Shown here piece after piece: positions 28,216 to 38,949 of a stretch of DNA of 64,000 nucleotides; within the stretch, counting starts at the first letter, position 1; every line of letters starts with the position of its first letter. The position numbers were made by a program, and so were the translations under genes. The stretch is taken from positions 24,728 through 88,727 of the forward strand of contig CBDCEW010000082.1 of assembly GCA_965215885.1 (NCBI GenBank), in the 5' to 3' direction. Source of the stretch: Candidatus Moanibacter sp. (GTDB lineage Bacteria; Verrucomicrobiota; Verrucomicrobiia; Opitutales; UBA2987). The notes beneath the pieces were generated by a model that searched no databases, was not told the DNA's origin, and saw nothing but the letters and a program-made list of their open reading frames with translations.

Positions 28216-29522
28216 GGGGAAAGTACTTCTTTTCCAAACCTCACCTCCAGCGAGCGGCCGTGCGCATCAAGCTGCTCCAGCGTACTAAACGCTTTCACGA
28301 CGGACCGGGCTTTCGCCAGACTGCGTGTATCGTATTCCACCACACTGCTTCGACGAAAAAAATCGGACAGCTTCAGGCCGCTGCAAAATCGCGCAGTGCC
28401 ACCGGTAGGGAGCGTATGGCTTGGTCCCGCCGTAAAGTCTCCCAAAACCGTCGGCGTGTTTTCTCCGATCAGCACGGCCCCGACGTTACGTATTCCTTTC
28501 AGCAACCTGCCACACTTCTTACGATCCAGCAGGAGCTCAAGGTGCTCAGGAGCCACTAGATTGGCTACAGTGACCGCCTCATCGAGATTGTCGACGAGAA
28601 CTGCCAGATATCCTTCTCTCAAGACACTTTCAATTATTCCCCGATGACGTTGTTTCTCCGCTTCCTCTTTCAACCTCGCGGATACAGTATTGATTAGTTT
28701 GAGGCTCGTCGAAACAAGGTACAATTTGCCCCCTTCACCGTGCTCTGCCTGCGCCAACAGATCAGCCGTTACCAATCCAGCCCTGGTTCGACTGTCAGCG
28801 ATCACCATAACCTCACTCGGTCCCGGTAAGAGATCAATACCCACTTTTCCAAAGACCTGACGCTTTGCCTCAGTGACATATACATTACCCGGCCCGAAGA
28901 TCTTGTGCACTGGAGGTATCGACCGGGTCCCGTAAGCCATGGCACCCACCGCCTGAGCCCCGCCCACCCGATAGACTTCACTGGCACGGCACATATGAAG
29001 CGCCGCCAAAAGTCCCGAATCGAGCGAGCCATCGGCACGCGGGGGAGTAAACACTGCGATCTCTGGCACCCTGGCCAACCTTGCCAGGAAGACAGTCATA
29101 AAAACTGTAGATACGAGCGGAACGTTACCCCCGGGAATATACATCCCGATACGTTCAAGCGGAATGTAGCGCTCCCCTACTTTCGCTCCCTGAAGATTCC
29201 TTCCCTTCCACGAGACTGGGAAACCGTGGCCATGAAAACCCTTTATGCAATCCATCGCCGCTCTCATCGCCTTGCGGTGCCCGGAAGAGAGGGATCCAGC
29301 TGCCGCAATGAGTTCCTCGGATTTAACGCGGAGATCATCCCTTCGCAGCTTGGCACCGTCGAGCTTTCTGGTGTAATCAACTATCGCCTTATCGCCCTGC
29401 TTCTTGACACTGGCCAAAATCTCGCGCACGACGGTTGCAACTTCGACATCGCCTGGTGTCTCGGCGCTGAATCTCTCGAGTTCTCTTCGCACACCTGGGG
29501 AACTATACTTTATTAGGCGCAT
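28212..29522 (-). CDS. hisD: Histidinol dehydrogenase
   Basis: YIPGG, GPGNVYV.EAK, GPSE, DLLAQAEH, APEHLE, GPSHTLPT. Confidence 0.97.
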   Translation of the reverse strand: MRLIKYSSPGVRRELERFSAETPGDVEVATVVREILASVKKQGDKAIVDYTRKLDGAKLRRDDLRVKSEELIAAAGSLSSGHRKAMRAAMDCIKGFHGHGFPVSWKGRNLQGAKVGERYIPLERIGMYIPGGNVPLVSTVFMTVFLARLARVPEIAVFTPPRADGSLDSGLLAALHMCRASEVYRVGGAQAVGAMAYGTRSIPPVHKIFGPGNVYVTEAKRQVFGKVGIDLLPGPSEVMVIADSRTRAGLVTADLLAQAEHGEGGKLYLVSTSLKLINTVSARLKEEAEKQRHRGIIESVLREGYLAVLVDNLDEAVTVANLVAPEHLELLLDRKKCGRLLKGIRNVGAVLIGENTPTVLGDFTAGPSHTLPTGGTARFCSGLKLSDFFRRSSVVEYDTRSLAKARSVVKAFSTLEQLDAHGRSLEVRFGKEVLSP

Positions 29523-29603
29523 CGGTTATGAAACGCGATTTCTCCGTCGGAAATTTCCCGAATCTGGCGCAATTAAAGGGCCGCGCAAGCCGGGCATCTC
29601 CAT

Positions 29604-30389
29604 TCAATCGACATCACGACGCTTCGATGGAATGAAAGACGGTATCTCGAAGAGTGAATCATCGATTGCTTCGTTCACAATAATCTCCTCGAAAAAAACA
29701 GTATTGAACTGTTTGCCTTCTACCAGGCTTTCTACCCTGTCAGGAAATTTCACCCCAGCAATCACGACTTTCCCCTTTTCCCTCATCTCTATCCCCTGAT
29801 CCGTAACGGTGGCAATGAGTTCGCCGGATTCGACATCGAAATAGCGTTCGTAGTAAATGTCATCTGCATATTGAAATACGAGCAGATGCGTACTCCTGCC
29901 GTCTTTCATCACTTCGCCTTTGTCCGTTATTTTACCCTGTAGCTTTTCGATACCAGTAAAAAAGCTGAGGTTTTCGAAGGTATTGGCACGCAGACGCTTA
30001 AGCTCGCCGGCCCCTAGAATCTGCAGTTCCAGTTTATCGGGTTCATTGAGTCTCTTAATACTACGCCAGCCATCATAATTATCCACCACCGTAATCCGGA
30101 CCACATCTTTCTGCTTTACAACCTGCCTCTGCCGCATGGGCTTTTCGAGGATGATCTGAATTGTTCCTTCGCGATCTTCATCTTCACTCGAAGCTTCTTC
30201 TTCTTGTGGATGCACTTCGAACCTGCCGAAGTACTGAATAGTGACAATCGCGTCGAGATTAGCATCTCCACCCAGGTGAGCTCGCGCTCTCGCGATAACC
30301 TCATCCTTTCCGGCAGTGCTCTCGTTTGGCAAAATCACGAGAGTCGAGAGGCCTATAGAAAGAAGGAATTGCTTAGTATGCGGGTTCAT
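29604..30389 (-). CDS. Exported protein, outer-membrane lipoprotein-sorting (LolA-like) fold candidate
   Basis: Signal-peptide-like N-terminus; ARAHLGG..L, YFD.E.G.L, GVKFP, VN..IDDSLF pattern. Confidence 0.6.
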   Translation of the reverse strand: MNPHTKQFLLSIGLSTLVILPNESTAGKDEVIARARAHLGGDANLDAIVTIQYFGRFEVHPQEEEASSEDEDREGTIQIILEKPMRQRQVVKQKDVVRITVVDNYDGWRSIKRLNEPDKLELQILGAGELKRLRANTFENLSFFTGIEKLQGKITDKGEVMKDGRSTHLLVFQYADDIYYERYFDVESGELIATVTDQGIEMREKGKVVIAGVKFPDRVESLVEGKQFNTVFFEEIIVNEAIDDSLFEIPSFIPSKRRDVD

Positions 30390-30427
30390 CCTGAATTTCA
30401 GAGCTTTTCGGAGGCGGTTTCGATGCA

Positions 30428-30454
30428 GTCCGGAAATTTGTGAAATTTTCGGAC
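30428..30454. repeat. Short palindrome resembling fused ends of the CCCG MITE family
   Basis: GTCCGGAAATTT-GTG-AAATTTTCGGAC. Confidence 0.4.
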
Positions 30455-30539
30455 CAAGTGTTAGATCTGCGGGTTTCAATGTCCAGACGCAAAGCGAAAG
30501 GGCCGCATAGCATTCCGACAGCAATTTAGGGCAGTAGTT

Positions 30540-32078
30540 TCACTCCCATTCAATTGTGCTGGGCGGCTTCGAGCTGATATCCAGACAAACGCGGTTCACA
30601 CCCTTCACCTCGTTAATGATACGGGAAGATATCTGCTCCAGAATCCTATGTGGCACTCGTGCCCAATCAACCGTCATTGCATCGGTGCTCTCCACAATCC
30701 GTAGCGCTACTACATTTTCATAGGTGCGGGCATCTCCCATGACACCGACTGTCTTCACCGGAAGAAATACCGCAAATGCCTGCCAGACACGATAATAGAA
30801 TCCGCTCTTCTTGATCTCTTCAATCAGTATCGCATCGGCCTCCCGCAGGATATTCAGGCTCCTGCCGGTAATCTCACCCACTACACGCACCGCCAATCCA
30901 GGCCCGGGAAACGGGTGCCTCCAAATGACCTCTCGAGGCAGCCCCAACTCCGCCCCGAGAGACCGCACTTCGTCCTTAAACAACTCGCGCAGTGGTTCCA
31001 GGAGTTTGAGCCGTAAACGGCTCGGTAGTCCTCCAACATTGTGGTGGGTTTTTATCAGCGCGGCGGGGTTATCTCCAATCGGGACGCTCTCGATTACATC
31101 CGGATAGAGGGTCCCCTGGGCCAGATACTCAACACCGGATAGATTCTTGATTTCCCCTTCGAACACTTCAATGAAGGTCCTTCCTATAATCTTCCTCTTG
31201 CGCTCGGGGTCAGACACACCTTTTAATCGGCCCAGGAATTTCCGCCCCGCCTTGACCACAATGAATCGGGAAGTAAAGTGCTTTTTATACAGGCTCTCTA
31301 CCTGCTGGCGTTCATTCCGACGAAGCAGGCCGTTATCGACAAATACGCAGGTAAGTTGCTTTCCTACTGCTCGATTGATGAGGGCTGCCGAAACGGAAGA
31401 ATCCACTCCACCACTAAAACCAAGAATGACGCGTTTATCTCCTACCGTCTCACGAATCGTCCGGACGGAAGATTCTATATAGTCTGCCATCGACCAATCA
31501 CCCTTGCAGCAACAGATTCTAAGAATGAAATTTCTCAGAATCTTCTCACCGTCATCTGTGTGCGCAACCTCCGGATGAAACTGCAGCCCATAAATTCGTC
31601 GGTCCCTGTTCTCGATGGCGGCAAATTCTGAGTTTTCAGTCCCTCCCAACTTCGTAAAACCAGGTGGAAGTTTGTTGAGTCTATCACCGTGCGAATTCCA
31701 AACCCGAATTTCGCTTTTTACTCTGGCCAGGAGGTTTCCCTTCCTCTCAATTTTCAGTACGCCATGACCGTATTCACGGTGTTCGCTCGCCTCGACACTT
31801 CCGCCAAGGAGATTTCCTATCAACTGCAGACCGTAGCAGATACCCAGAACGGGAACATCGATTTCAAATATACCCGCATCCGGGAAAGGAGCCTTCGCAC
31901 CAAATACGCTCGATGGGCCTCCTGATAGAATAATGCCCTTTACTCCATCTTTCTTCAACTTTGAGGCCGACGTTGAAAACGGGTAGATCTGGGAGAAGAC
32001 GCGATTTCCCCGAATGCGCCTCGCGATCACCTGGGTATATTGTGACCCAAAATCGAGTACCGCAATTGTCTCTCCCAT
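30540..32078 (-). CDS. guaA: GMP synthase (glutamine-hydrolysing)
   Basis: [39 protein letters not shown]. Confidence 0.98.
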   Translation of the reverse strand: MGETIAVLDFGSQYTQVIARRIRGNRVFSQIYPFSTSASKLKKDGVKGIILSGGPSSVFGAKAPFPDAGIFEIDVPVLGICYGLQLIGNLLGGSVEASEHREYGHGVLKIERKGNLLARVKSEIRVWNSHGDRLNKLPPGFTKLGGTENSEFAAIENRDRRIYGLQFHPEVAHTDDGEKILRNFILRICCCKGDWSMADYIESSVRTIRETVGDKRVILGFSGGVDSSVSAALINRAVGKQLTCVFVDNGLLRRNERQQVESLYKKHFTSRFIVVKAGRKFLGRLKGVSDPERKRKIIGRTFIEVFEGEIKNLSGVEYLAQGTLYPDVIESVPIGDNPAALIKTHHNVGGLPSRLRLKLLEPLRELFKDEVRSLGAELGLPREVIWRHPFPGPGLAVRVVGEITGRSLNILREADAILIEEIKKSGFYYRVWQAFAVFLPVKTVGVMGDARTYENVVALRIVESTDAMTVDWARVPHRILEQISSRIINEVKGVNRVCLDISSKPPSTIEWE

Positions 32079-32195
32079 AACCCCAAAATTACCATTTTAG
32101 CCCCCTTGCTGAAAGGTAAATCCCTCTAACTCGGAATTCGCTCGATATACATCCGTCGAGCGTGATCATCGCAGGGGTCAGCTCTTACGGGACTG

Positions 32196-32444
32196 TCAGA
32201 ATATAAGCCGGGAATTCTCAAAGCGACAGTGCGGACAGGCGACGAGGTCGGATTCCCTTTTGGCCGTGTAAATCGAGTCACACTTTATGCAATGAAAGAG
32301 CACAGGAAACCTCTCAAGTTCGTAAAGGCTCCTGTCCCGCCAGTCGTAATAAAACCATAACCCGATAACAAGAGAGAGCCCCGCGGAAAGAAACAGAAAG
32401 AAGAATACATCGAGGCTTAAAGTCACCATGACGGCGAAATTCAT
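32196..32444 (-). CDS. Small membrane-anchored zinc-ribbon protein
   Basis: One N-terminal TM helix, then CIKC..CPHC. Confidence 0.65.
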   Translation of the reverse strand: MNFAVMVTLSLDVFFFLFLSAGLSLVIGLWFYYDWRDRSLYELERFPVLFHCIKCDSIYTAKRESDLVACPHCRFENSRLIF

Positions 32445-32493
32445 TATCGAGAATAGATCCGAAAAATCAAGTGGACCTGAAATCCAGTTTTAT

Positions 32494-33105
32494 TCAACCG
32501 GAAACGGACTTCTCTTTATCCTCTTCGTCATCTTCCGCTGCCACGACGTCACTTTCGGATTCTCTCACTTCATCTTCGGCTGACTCGGCCACTCCGCTCT
32601 CCTCACCATCCGGCGTTCTCTCTTGGGACGAAGACTCCGATGCCTCCGGTTCGGAGTCCTTGGACTCTCTCCCTGCTTTTGTCCCTGTCTTCTTACTTTT
32701 TCGACGCGATGACCTGTAACCTTCATCCTCTGCGTCGATCAATTCAATAATCGCCATTTCCGCGGCATCGCCAAGACGCCTCCCGATCTTGTAAACGCGC
32801 GTATATCCCCCGTCGCGATTGGCGAATTCCTCCACTCTTTCTTCAAAAAGTTTATGGACCACTGTTTTGTTACGGACTCGCGAAATTGCAAGTCTCCTCA
32901 GATAAAGAGCGCGGTCAGGGCTAGCTTTCTGAGCCCGTTTGGCCAACGTGATCGTCTTTTCCACGAATGGCCGCAAGGCTTTCGCTTTGGCCAGAGTCGT
33001 ATGAATGCGACCGTGCTCGATGAGCGCCGACGCCATGTTTGCCATAAGGGCAATCCGGTGCTCCTTCTTCACCCCTAACTGATGATGATGCTTTCGATGG
33101 CGCAT
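32494..33105 (-). CDS. rplQ: 50S ribosomal protein L17 (acidic C-terminal extension)
   Basis: MRHRK, TTLAKAK.LR, R.GGYTR, GDAAEMA. Confidence 0.97.
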   Translation of the reverse strand: MRHRKHHHQLGVKKEHRIALMANMASALIEHGRIHTTLAKAKALRPFVEKTITLAKRAQKASPDRALYLRRLAISRVRNKTVVHKLFEERVEEFANRDGGYTRVYKIGRRLGDAAEMAIIELIDAEDEGYRSSRRKSKKTGTKAGRESKDSEPEASESSSQERTPDGEESGVAESAEDEVRESESDVVAAEDDEEDKEKSVSG

Positions 33106-33117
33106 CGCGCAATGGGA

Positions 33118-34119
33118 CTAAGCGTCGCTTCGGCTCTCCAACAACCGCTCGTCAATTTTCATACCGAGTGAAAGCCCCAGCTGCTCCAGCTTGGCCTTGA
33201 TTTCGTTGAGCGATTTTTTACCAAAGTTGCGGTACTTTAGCATTTCCTGTTCAGTTTTCATCGAGAGTTCTCCCACCGTCGTAATATTTGCATTGTTCAG
33301 ACAATTGGCCGCACGAACTGAGAGCTCGATCTCATTTACGCTCATATTGAGAAGCTTGCGGAGTTTATTCTGTTCTTCACTCACTTCGGCTTGTTCGCTC
33401 TCAAACTCGACCGAGTCTTCGCTCACCTGGTCGAAAACGTCGAGATGATACTTTATGATCGAGGCTGACTGTTTCAGCGCTTCATCCGGTGTAATGCGGC
33501 CGTCCGTCCAAACTTCGAGGATGAGCTTATCGTAATCGGTCATTTGCCCTACACGGGTATTCTCGACCGCGTACTTAACAAGACGAACAGGGCTGAAAAG
33601 AGAATCAATAGCGACAACACCAATGGGTTGATCCTCGGACTTGTTATCTTCTCCGGAACAGTAGCCGCGACCGACTTTGATCTCAAGCTCCGCTAAGATT
33701 CGTCGCTTCTTATCAATCGTACATATTATCTGCCCTGGATTTATTATCTCAATATTCGCATCCGGCTGAATTTCCGCCGCCGTCACCTCTCCCTTTTTCT
33801 CTACATCGATAAGCAATCTTATCGTTTCGCGCTTATGCGATCGAATGAGTACCCTCTTTAGATTCAAGACTATGTCGGTTACATCCTCTTCCACACCTTC
33901 GATGCTCTGAAATTCGTGGTCTACTCCGTCGATGTTTACTGAGGAGATTGCCGCCCCCTCAATTGAGCTCAACAGCACCCGCCGAAGCGAATTCCCTACC
34001 GTGTGACCATATCCAGTTTCAAACGGTTCAGCTACAAACTTCGCATAAGTATCCGTAGCGGTTTTTTCCTCTTTCACGAGGCGTTTCGGCAACTCGAATT
34101 TTCCTAATCGTACAGGCAT
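33118..34119 (-). CDS. rpoA: RNA polymerase alpha subunit
   Basis: EPFE.GYG.TVGNSLRRVLLSS, ELSVRAANCL, NFGKKSL. Confidence 0.98.
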   Translation of the reverse strand: MPVRLGKFELPKRLVKEEKTATDTYAKFVAEPFETGYGHTVGNSLRRVLLSSIEGAAISSVNIDGVDHEFQSIEGVEEDVTDIVLNLKRVLIRSHKRETIRLLIDVEKKGEVTAAEIQPDANIEIINPGQIICTIDKKRRILAELEIKVGRGYCSGEDNKSEDQPIGVVAIDSLFSPVRLVKYAVENTRVGQMTDYDKLILEVWTDGRITPDEALKQSASIIKYHLDVFDQVSEDSVEFESEQAEVSEEQNKLRKLLNMSVNEIELSVRAANCLNNANITTVGELSMKTEQEMLKYRNFGKKSLNEIKAKLEQLGLSLGMKIDERLLESRSDA

Positions 34120-34277
34120 TTTTTCTCTTCTGTTTAAGTTTTGCGACCGACGTTAAAATTTACTCTCAAATTGAGCGTGCTCCCAGTTCTCACAGCGGCA
34201 GGACAGCGTATACTATATACTCCAATTTGAAACTGCGATGGACCCGCGAAGCGGGACCGGATATCTTTTCCACATTC

Positions 34278-34886
34278 TTAGCGGCTGTAGAATTCGACGA
34301 TAAGCTGCACGTTTACTCCCGGCTCTATCTCTTCCCTTGTCGGCAAGCGATTCATTTCAGCACGAAGCGAATCTTCATGACGCGTCAGCCAGGCCGGTGG
34401 AGTCCGCATTCGGGTATCTTCAATGCTACGGGTAGCCAATTGTCTCGATGAGGTACACGCCTTGACTTCGATCTCATCGCCAGGTGTCGCAGCAAAACTC
34501 GGAATATCAACTTTGTGGCCATTGATCCTAATATGCCCATGATTAACAAATTGTCTCGACTGCTTGCGAGTCTTGGCGAATCCCAGCAGATATATGACAT
34601 TATCAAGCCGGGTCTCCAGCATCTGTAGAAAAATATCACCTGTGATGCCTCGTCTTTTCTTCGCTTTCTCAAAATAGAGGCGAAACTGCTTTTCGGTGAG
34701 TCCGTAGATGTAGCGCAACTTCTGTTTCTCACTGAGTCCCAAAGCATAATCAGATATCTTCCTCCGATGACGCTGTCCATGTTCCCCAGGCAGATACGGC
34801 TTCCGCTCAAAAGCCTTATTGGGCGGAAAGATTGCCATACCGAAACGTCGGTTTATTCGAGTGGTTGGTCCTGTATAGCGTGCCAT
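34278..34886 (-). CDS. rpsD: 30S ribosomal protein S4
   Basis: MARYTGP, EKQKLR, LETRLDN, IVEFYSR. Confidence 0.98.
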   Translation of the reverse strand: MARYTGPTTRINRRFGMAIFPPNKAFERKPYLPGEHGQRHRRKISDYALGLSEKQKLRYIYGLTEKQFRLYFEKAKKRRGITGDIFLQMLETRLDNVIYLLGFAKTRKQSRQFVNHGHIRINGHKVDIPSFAATPGDEIEVKACTSSRQLATRSIEDTRMRTPPAWLTRHEDSLRAEMNRLPTREEIEPGVNVQLIVEFYSR

Positions 34887-34945
34887 CTTATTTGTAAATT
34901 CCCTTAAGAATACGAGCGTAAGGTAGTCCAGCGTCGTGTCTCAAA

Positions 34946-35587
34946 CTACACTCGCCGCCTCTTGGGAGGCCGGCAGCCGTTATGGGGCACAGGGGTTACA
35001 TCGGTTATGGAAAGGACTGAAAAGCCTAACGACTGCAACGCCCTCACCGCGGAATCGCGCCCCATCCCCGGCCCTTTCACTTTCACCTCAATTTCCCTGA
35101 GACCATGCCCCATGGCAGCTCGACCTGCATCCTGAGTTACGATTTGAGCGGCATACGCGGTCGACTTCCGGGAACCTCGAAAACCGCACTTGCCCGCACT
35201 TGACCACGATATTACATTTCCGCTCAAGTCCGTAAACGAAACTTTTGTGTTGTTAAATGTAGCCAGAATGTGGACCACACCGGAATGAATATTCTTGCTG
35301 CCCTTGGCACGGCGAATCTTAATATTCGCAAATTCGTCCTTAAGGAGATCAGCTGCCGTCGGGGCCTTGGAGACTTCTCCCTCTTTCTCAGCATCTTTCG
35401 CATCCGCCGAAACGGTCTTTTTCGGTTTTTCCTTGCTCTCTGCTCTTGCGGCAGGGTCTTCACTCCTTTCCGCTGCTTTCTCCTCGCCGGCACTATTCCC
35501 GTTTCCGGCCTTTGTCTCTTTCACGGGCTCATCAACCTTCACCGCCTCACTGGACTCAGATTGTTCTCTATTTTCCTTTTCATTCAT
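34946..35587 (-). CDS. rpsK: 30S ribosomal protein S11 (long charged N-terminal extension)
   Basis: [34 protein letters not shown]. Confidence 0.97.
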   Translation of the reverse strand: MNEKENREQSESSEAVKVDEPVKETKAGNGNSAGEEKAAERSEDPAARAESKEKPKKTVSADAKDAEKEGEVSKAPTAADLLKDEFANIKIRRAKGSKNIHSGVVHILATFNNTKVSFTDLSGNVISWSSAGKCGFRGSRKSTAYAAQIVTQDAGRAAMGHGLREIEVKVKGPGMGRDSAVRALQSLGFSVLSITDVTPVPHNGCRPPKRRRV

Positions 35588-35600
35588 TGCTTTAGTAAAA

Positions 35601-35975
35601 TCATTGTTTCTTCATAATACCCACTGTTTTCCGCTTACCCTTCCGCGTGCGCGCGTTGCATTGAGTCCGCTGTCCACGAACCGGAAGCCCCCGCCGGTGG
35701 CGCAAACCGCGATAGCAATTTATAGCCTGAAGTCGTTTCATGTTTGCCGACCATTCCCGCCGCAAATCGCCCTCGATCAGTAGGTTCTTCTCGTTAAGAA
35801 CTCGAGTAATCTTTGTGATTTCTTCTTCAGTGAGTTCATGTGCACGGCGGTCCGGATCCAGTTCCGCGGCTTCGACAACGAGATCCGCCCGGGACGGCCC
35901 GATACCGAATATGTAGCGCAGGGCAAAAGGCAGCTTCTTGTTGCCGGGTATGTCTACTCCAAGAATACGTGGCAT
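35601..35975 (-). CDS. rpsM: 30S ribosomal protein S13
   Basis: [32 protein letters not shown]. Confidence 0.98.
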   Translation of the reverse strand: MPRILGVDIPGNKKLPFALRYIFGIGPSRADLVVEAAELDPDRRAHELTEEEITKITRVLNEKNLLIEGDLRREWSANMKRLQAINCYRGLRHRRGLPVRGQRTQCNARTRKGKRKTVGIMKKQ

Positions 35976-36051
35976 CCCAGAAATCCTCGGTTCATGTTGG
36001 TTTAGAGAGGGATAAGGAGGTGAAAATCACGAAAAAAGAGTGTTAGAAAAG

Positions 36052-36819
36052 CTAATTCTTCGCTCTTGTCAATATTTCAGGAGGACCATCCGTAACCAGT
36101 ACCGTGTGCTCGAAATGCGCTGAGGGCTTGCCGTCCTGAGTAACTGCGGTCCAACCGTCCGGCGCCAACTCAATTTCCGGCCCCCCCAGATTAACCATGG
36201 GTTCGATGGCCAGCGTCATGTGAGGTTTCAAAAGCATCCCAGTCCCCGGTCTTCCAAAATTCGGAATCTGCGGCTCTTCATGCATGGAGCGCCCCACACC
36301 ATGACCCACGAAATCCCGCACAATGGCAAATTTATGCGGCTCGATATAGTGCTGCACGGAATGGGATATATCGCCCACCCGATTGCCCGACCGCGCCCTT
36401 TCGATTCCCCGGTAAAGCGCTCTTTCCGTCTCCCGCACCAGCTTCTCCACGACCGGATTGGCCGGAGATATTAATACGGTTCTGGCGTTGTCTCCTATAT
36501 ATCCATCGTATATCACAGTGACATCAATAGTCACGGCGTCACCCGAATGCAATACTCGCTTAAGAGAACCTATACCATGAACTATCTCCTCATTCACAGA
36601 AATGCACGTGTAAGCAGGAAAGCGCCGATTCCCGATTCTGTAATTGTAACAGGCGCTAGTCGCTCCGAAATTTTGAATTAACTTCCTTCCCGATTGGTCT
36701 AGGTCGTAGGTGTTAACTCCCGGTGACACGAAAGAGGAGAGTCTCTCAAGAACCAGCGCTGCGATCTGGCAGGACTGTCGCATCTTGTTAATTTCCTCTT
36801 CTGATTTTATTGGTATCAT
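36052..36819 (-). CDS. map: Methionine aminopeptidase type I
   Basis: CISVNEEIVHG, GHGVG..MHEEP, AIEPM, SAHFEHT. Confidence 0.97.
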   Translation of the reverse strand: MIPIKSEEEINKMRQSCQIAALVLERLSSFVSPGVNTYDLDQSGRKLIQNFGATSACYNYRIGNRRFPAYTCISVNEEIVHGIGSLKRVLHSGDAVTIDVTVIYDGYIGDNARTVLISPANPVVEKLVRETERALYRGIERARSGNRVGDISHSVQHYIEPHKFAIVRDFVGHGVGRSMHEEPQIPNFGRPGTGMLLKPHMTLAIEPMVNLGGPEIELAPDGWTAVTQDGKPSAHFEHTVLVTDGPPEILTRAKN

Positions 36820-36852
36820 AAACGCAATCACGCAATATCTGAATCATCCGCT

Positions 36853-38349
36853 TCAAACGTACATCTGTAATATCCAACAAACGGTTCCGACAGAAAATGC
36901 GACAGCCAGCCATACCCAGAAAATATTGAGATTTTTGATCTCTTCCATATGCACAACCTGTCGAGTACGCCCGACACTACGTCCCCGTATACGCCCCTTG
37001 TTCAGGAACCCATCGTAGTGGCGCTGGAGGAGATACGTCTCGATCTGCCGCAGAGTATCCAACAGGACGCCAACAACAATCAGCATTCCCGTCCCGCCGA
37101 AAAATTGCGCAACCTGGTAGGGAATTCCGAAATAAAACAAGAGGCTATCGGGAAAGACTGCGATTACAGTAAGGGCCAATGCACCAAAAAGAGTCAAGCG
37201 GGTCATAACGAAATCGAGAAATTTCGCTGTCGGCTCGCCCGGACGTACTCCGGGTATATAACCACCGTTTTTTTTCAGATCGTCCGCAATCTGAATGGGT
37301 TTGAACATTACGGAGACCCAAAAATAACTGAAACAGAGAATAAGAAGCCCGAATATCAGATAATATGTCTTGTTGCCCTGCTGCATGTAGCCGGCAAAAT
37401 CCCTGATGAAGGGAACGTCAATAGCAGCACCCAGGTATTGGGATATCGATTGAAAAAACAAAAGAATCGCACTTGCAAATATGACGGGCATAACGCCGGA
37501 GTAATTTACCTTCAAAGGAAGGAAAGAACTCTGCCCGCCGTAGACCTTGCGACCCACCACTCGCTTCGCGTACTGCACGGGTATCTTTCGCTGCGCCTGG
37601 GTCAAAGCTATAATGCCGGCGATGGCGAGGAATAGCAACAGCAGCATCAGGATTCCCTGGGGAGCCCCTAGCCCTTCAACTCCCACAGGCGCGCGAAACA
37701 ACCGATAGGTCAGGGCAGCCGCCGCCGGCAAATCGGCGAGGATTCCGACGGTAATGAGTAGGGAGATTCCCTGACCTATTCCCCGCTGGGTAATCTGTTC
37801 TCCCAACCACATGAGCAAAACAGTCCCCGCTGTGAGAAATATCACTGAAGTTATGATAAACCACACCTGATCGACGAGCACTATTGGCCCATATTCCGCA
37901 ATCGTGAATCCGGAGAAGAGCTTACTGGGATTACGCAATGCGAGAAGAAGCAAGAAGCCCTGAATCAGGCAAATAGCCACCGTCGCGTAACGTGTATACT
38001 GGGTGATTTTCTGGCGACCAATTTCACCTTCCTGCTGAAGACGCGCCAGGGTTGGAACTACCGCGGTCATCAGCTGAAAGATAATTGAAGCACTGATATA
38101 GGGCATAATGCCCAGTGCACAGACCGCGCCCTTTAGCAAGGCCCCTCCCGTGAACATATTATACAACCCTACAAGCGATCCACCACCTGCCGCACTCTGG
38201 TCACGGAAGAAGCTCTGGAGTGGACTCGGATCCAGTCCAGGCAAAGGTATGTTCGCTCCAATACGCGCAATAAACAAAAGCCCGAGGGTGAACCCGATTC
38301 GCTTTTTCAATTCGGGTATCTTGAGGCAATTGACAAATGCCGATATCAT
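36853..38349 (-). CDS. secY: Preprotein translocase SecY (extra C-terminal hydrophobic helix)
   Basis: LGIMPYISASII, WLGEQIT..GIG, GVMPVIFA, IPGVRPG, GGTG.LIVV. Confidence 0.98.
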   Translation of the reverse strand: MISAFVNCLKIPELKKRIGFTLGLLFIARIGANIPLPGLDPSPLQSFFRDQSAAGGGSLVGLYNMFTGGALLKGAVCALGIMPYISASIIFQLMTAVVPTLARLQQEGEIGRQKITQYTRYATVAICLIQGFLLLLALRNPSKLFSGFTIAEYGPIVLVDQVWFIITSVIFLTAGTVLLMWLGEQITQRGIGQGISLLITVGILADLPAAAALTYRLFRAPVGVEGLGAPQGILMLLLLFLAIAGIIALTQAQRKIPVQYAKRVVGRKVYGGQSSFLPLKVNYSGVMPVIFASAILLFFQSISQYLGAAIDVPFIRDFAGYMQQGNKTYYLIFGLLILCFSYFWVSVMFKPIQIADDLKKNGGYIPGVRPGEPTAKFLDFVMTRLTLFGALALTVIAVFPDSLLFYFGIPYQVAQFFGGTGMLIVVGVLLDTLRQIETYLLQRHYDGFLNKGRIRGRSVGRTRQVVHMEEIKNLNIFWVWLAVAFSVGTVCWILQMYV

Positions 38350-38417
38350 AAATCGAATTTGCTTCTCAGTGCGGTTTTCTAAAAGAGTCCGGATATTGAG
38401 ATATCCGGTTTAGTCGC

Positions 38418-38933
38418 TTACTCAGAGGCCTGATCTTCTGACCGGTTCTGCTCTGACTCGTTTTGCGTATCAGACTTGTGAAGGCAAGCTCCTGTTACGA
38501 TAGCCTCACCGCCGGCATCCTTTATTTTCTGAACGGCGGTGTCGGAAAACTTATCGGCCGTCACTTTCAGAGCGCGCCCGACCTCTCCATGGCCCAGGAT
38601 TTTAATCTTGTCCGCGTTTCGCCGCACCAGCCCTGCCTTTTTGAGAACTTCGGAGTCAATCTTTTTCACCCGCTTTATCCTGTCAAGGCTTCCCACGTTG
38701 ACTACGGCATGGTCGCTGCGAAATCTGGAATTGTTAAATCCTCGACGAGGCAAGCGCCGATAGAGGGGTACATGACCGCTCTCAAATCCGGGTCTCATGG
38801 AACTTCCCGATCGCGACCGCTGTCCCTTCTGGCCGCGTCCTGAGGTTTTCCCCCGCCCCGATCCCCGTCCATGTCCTACGCGCCTGCGAGGCTTACGCCC
38901 CCCTTTGGCTACCGGTAAATTGTTCAATCGCAT
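38418..38933 (-). CDS. rplO: 50S ribosomal protein L15
   Basis: GSG.GKTSGRGQKGQ.SRSG, GFE.G..PL.RRLP.RGF. Confidence 0.97.
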   Translation of the reverse strand: MRLNNLPVAKGGRKPRRRVGHGRGSGRGKTSGRGQKGQRSRSGSSMRPGFESGHVPLYRRLPRRGFNNSRFRSDHAVVNVGSLDRIKRVKKIDSEVLKKAGLVRRNADKIKILGHGEVGRALKVTADKFSDTAVQKIKDAGGEAIVTGACLHKSDTQNESEQNRSEDQASE

Positions 38934-38949
38934 CGCAAATTAAGGTTCC

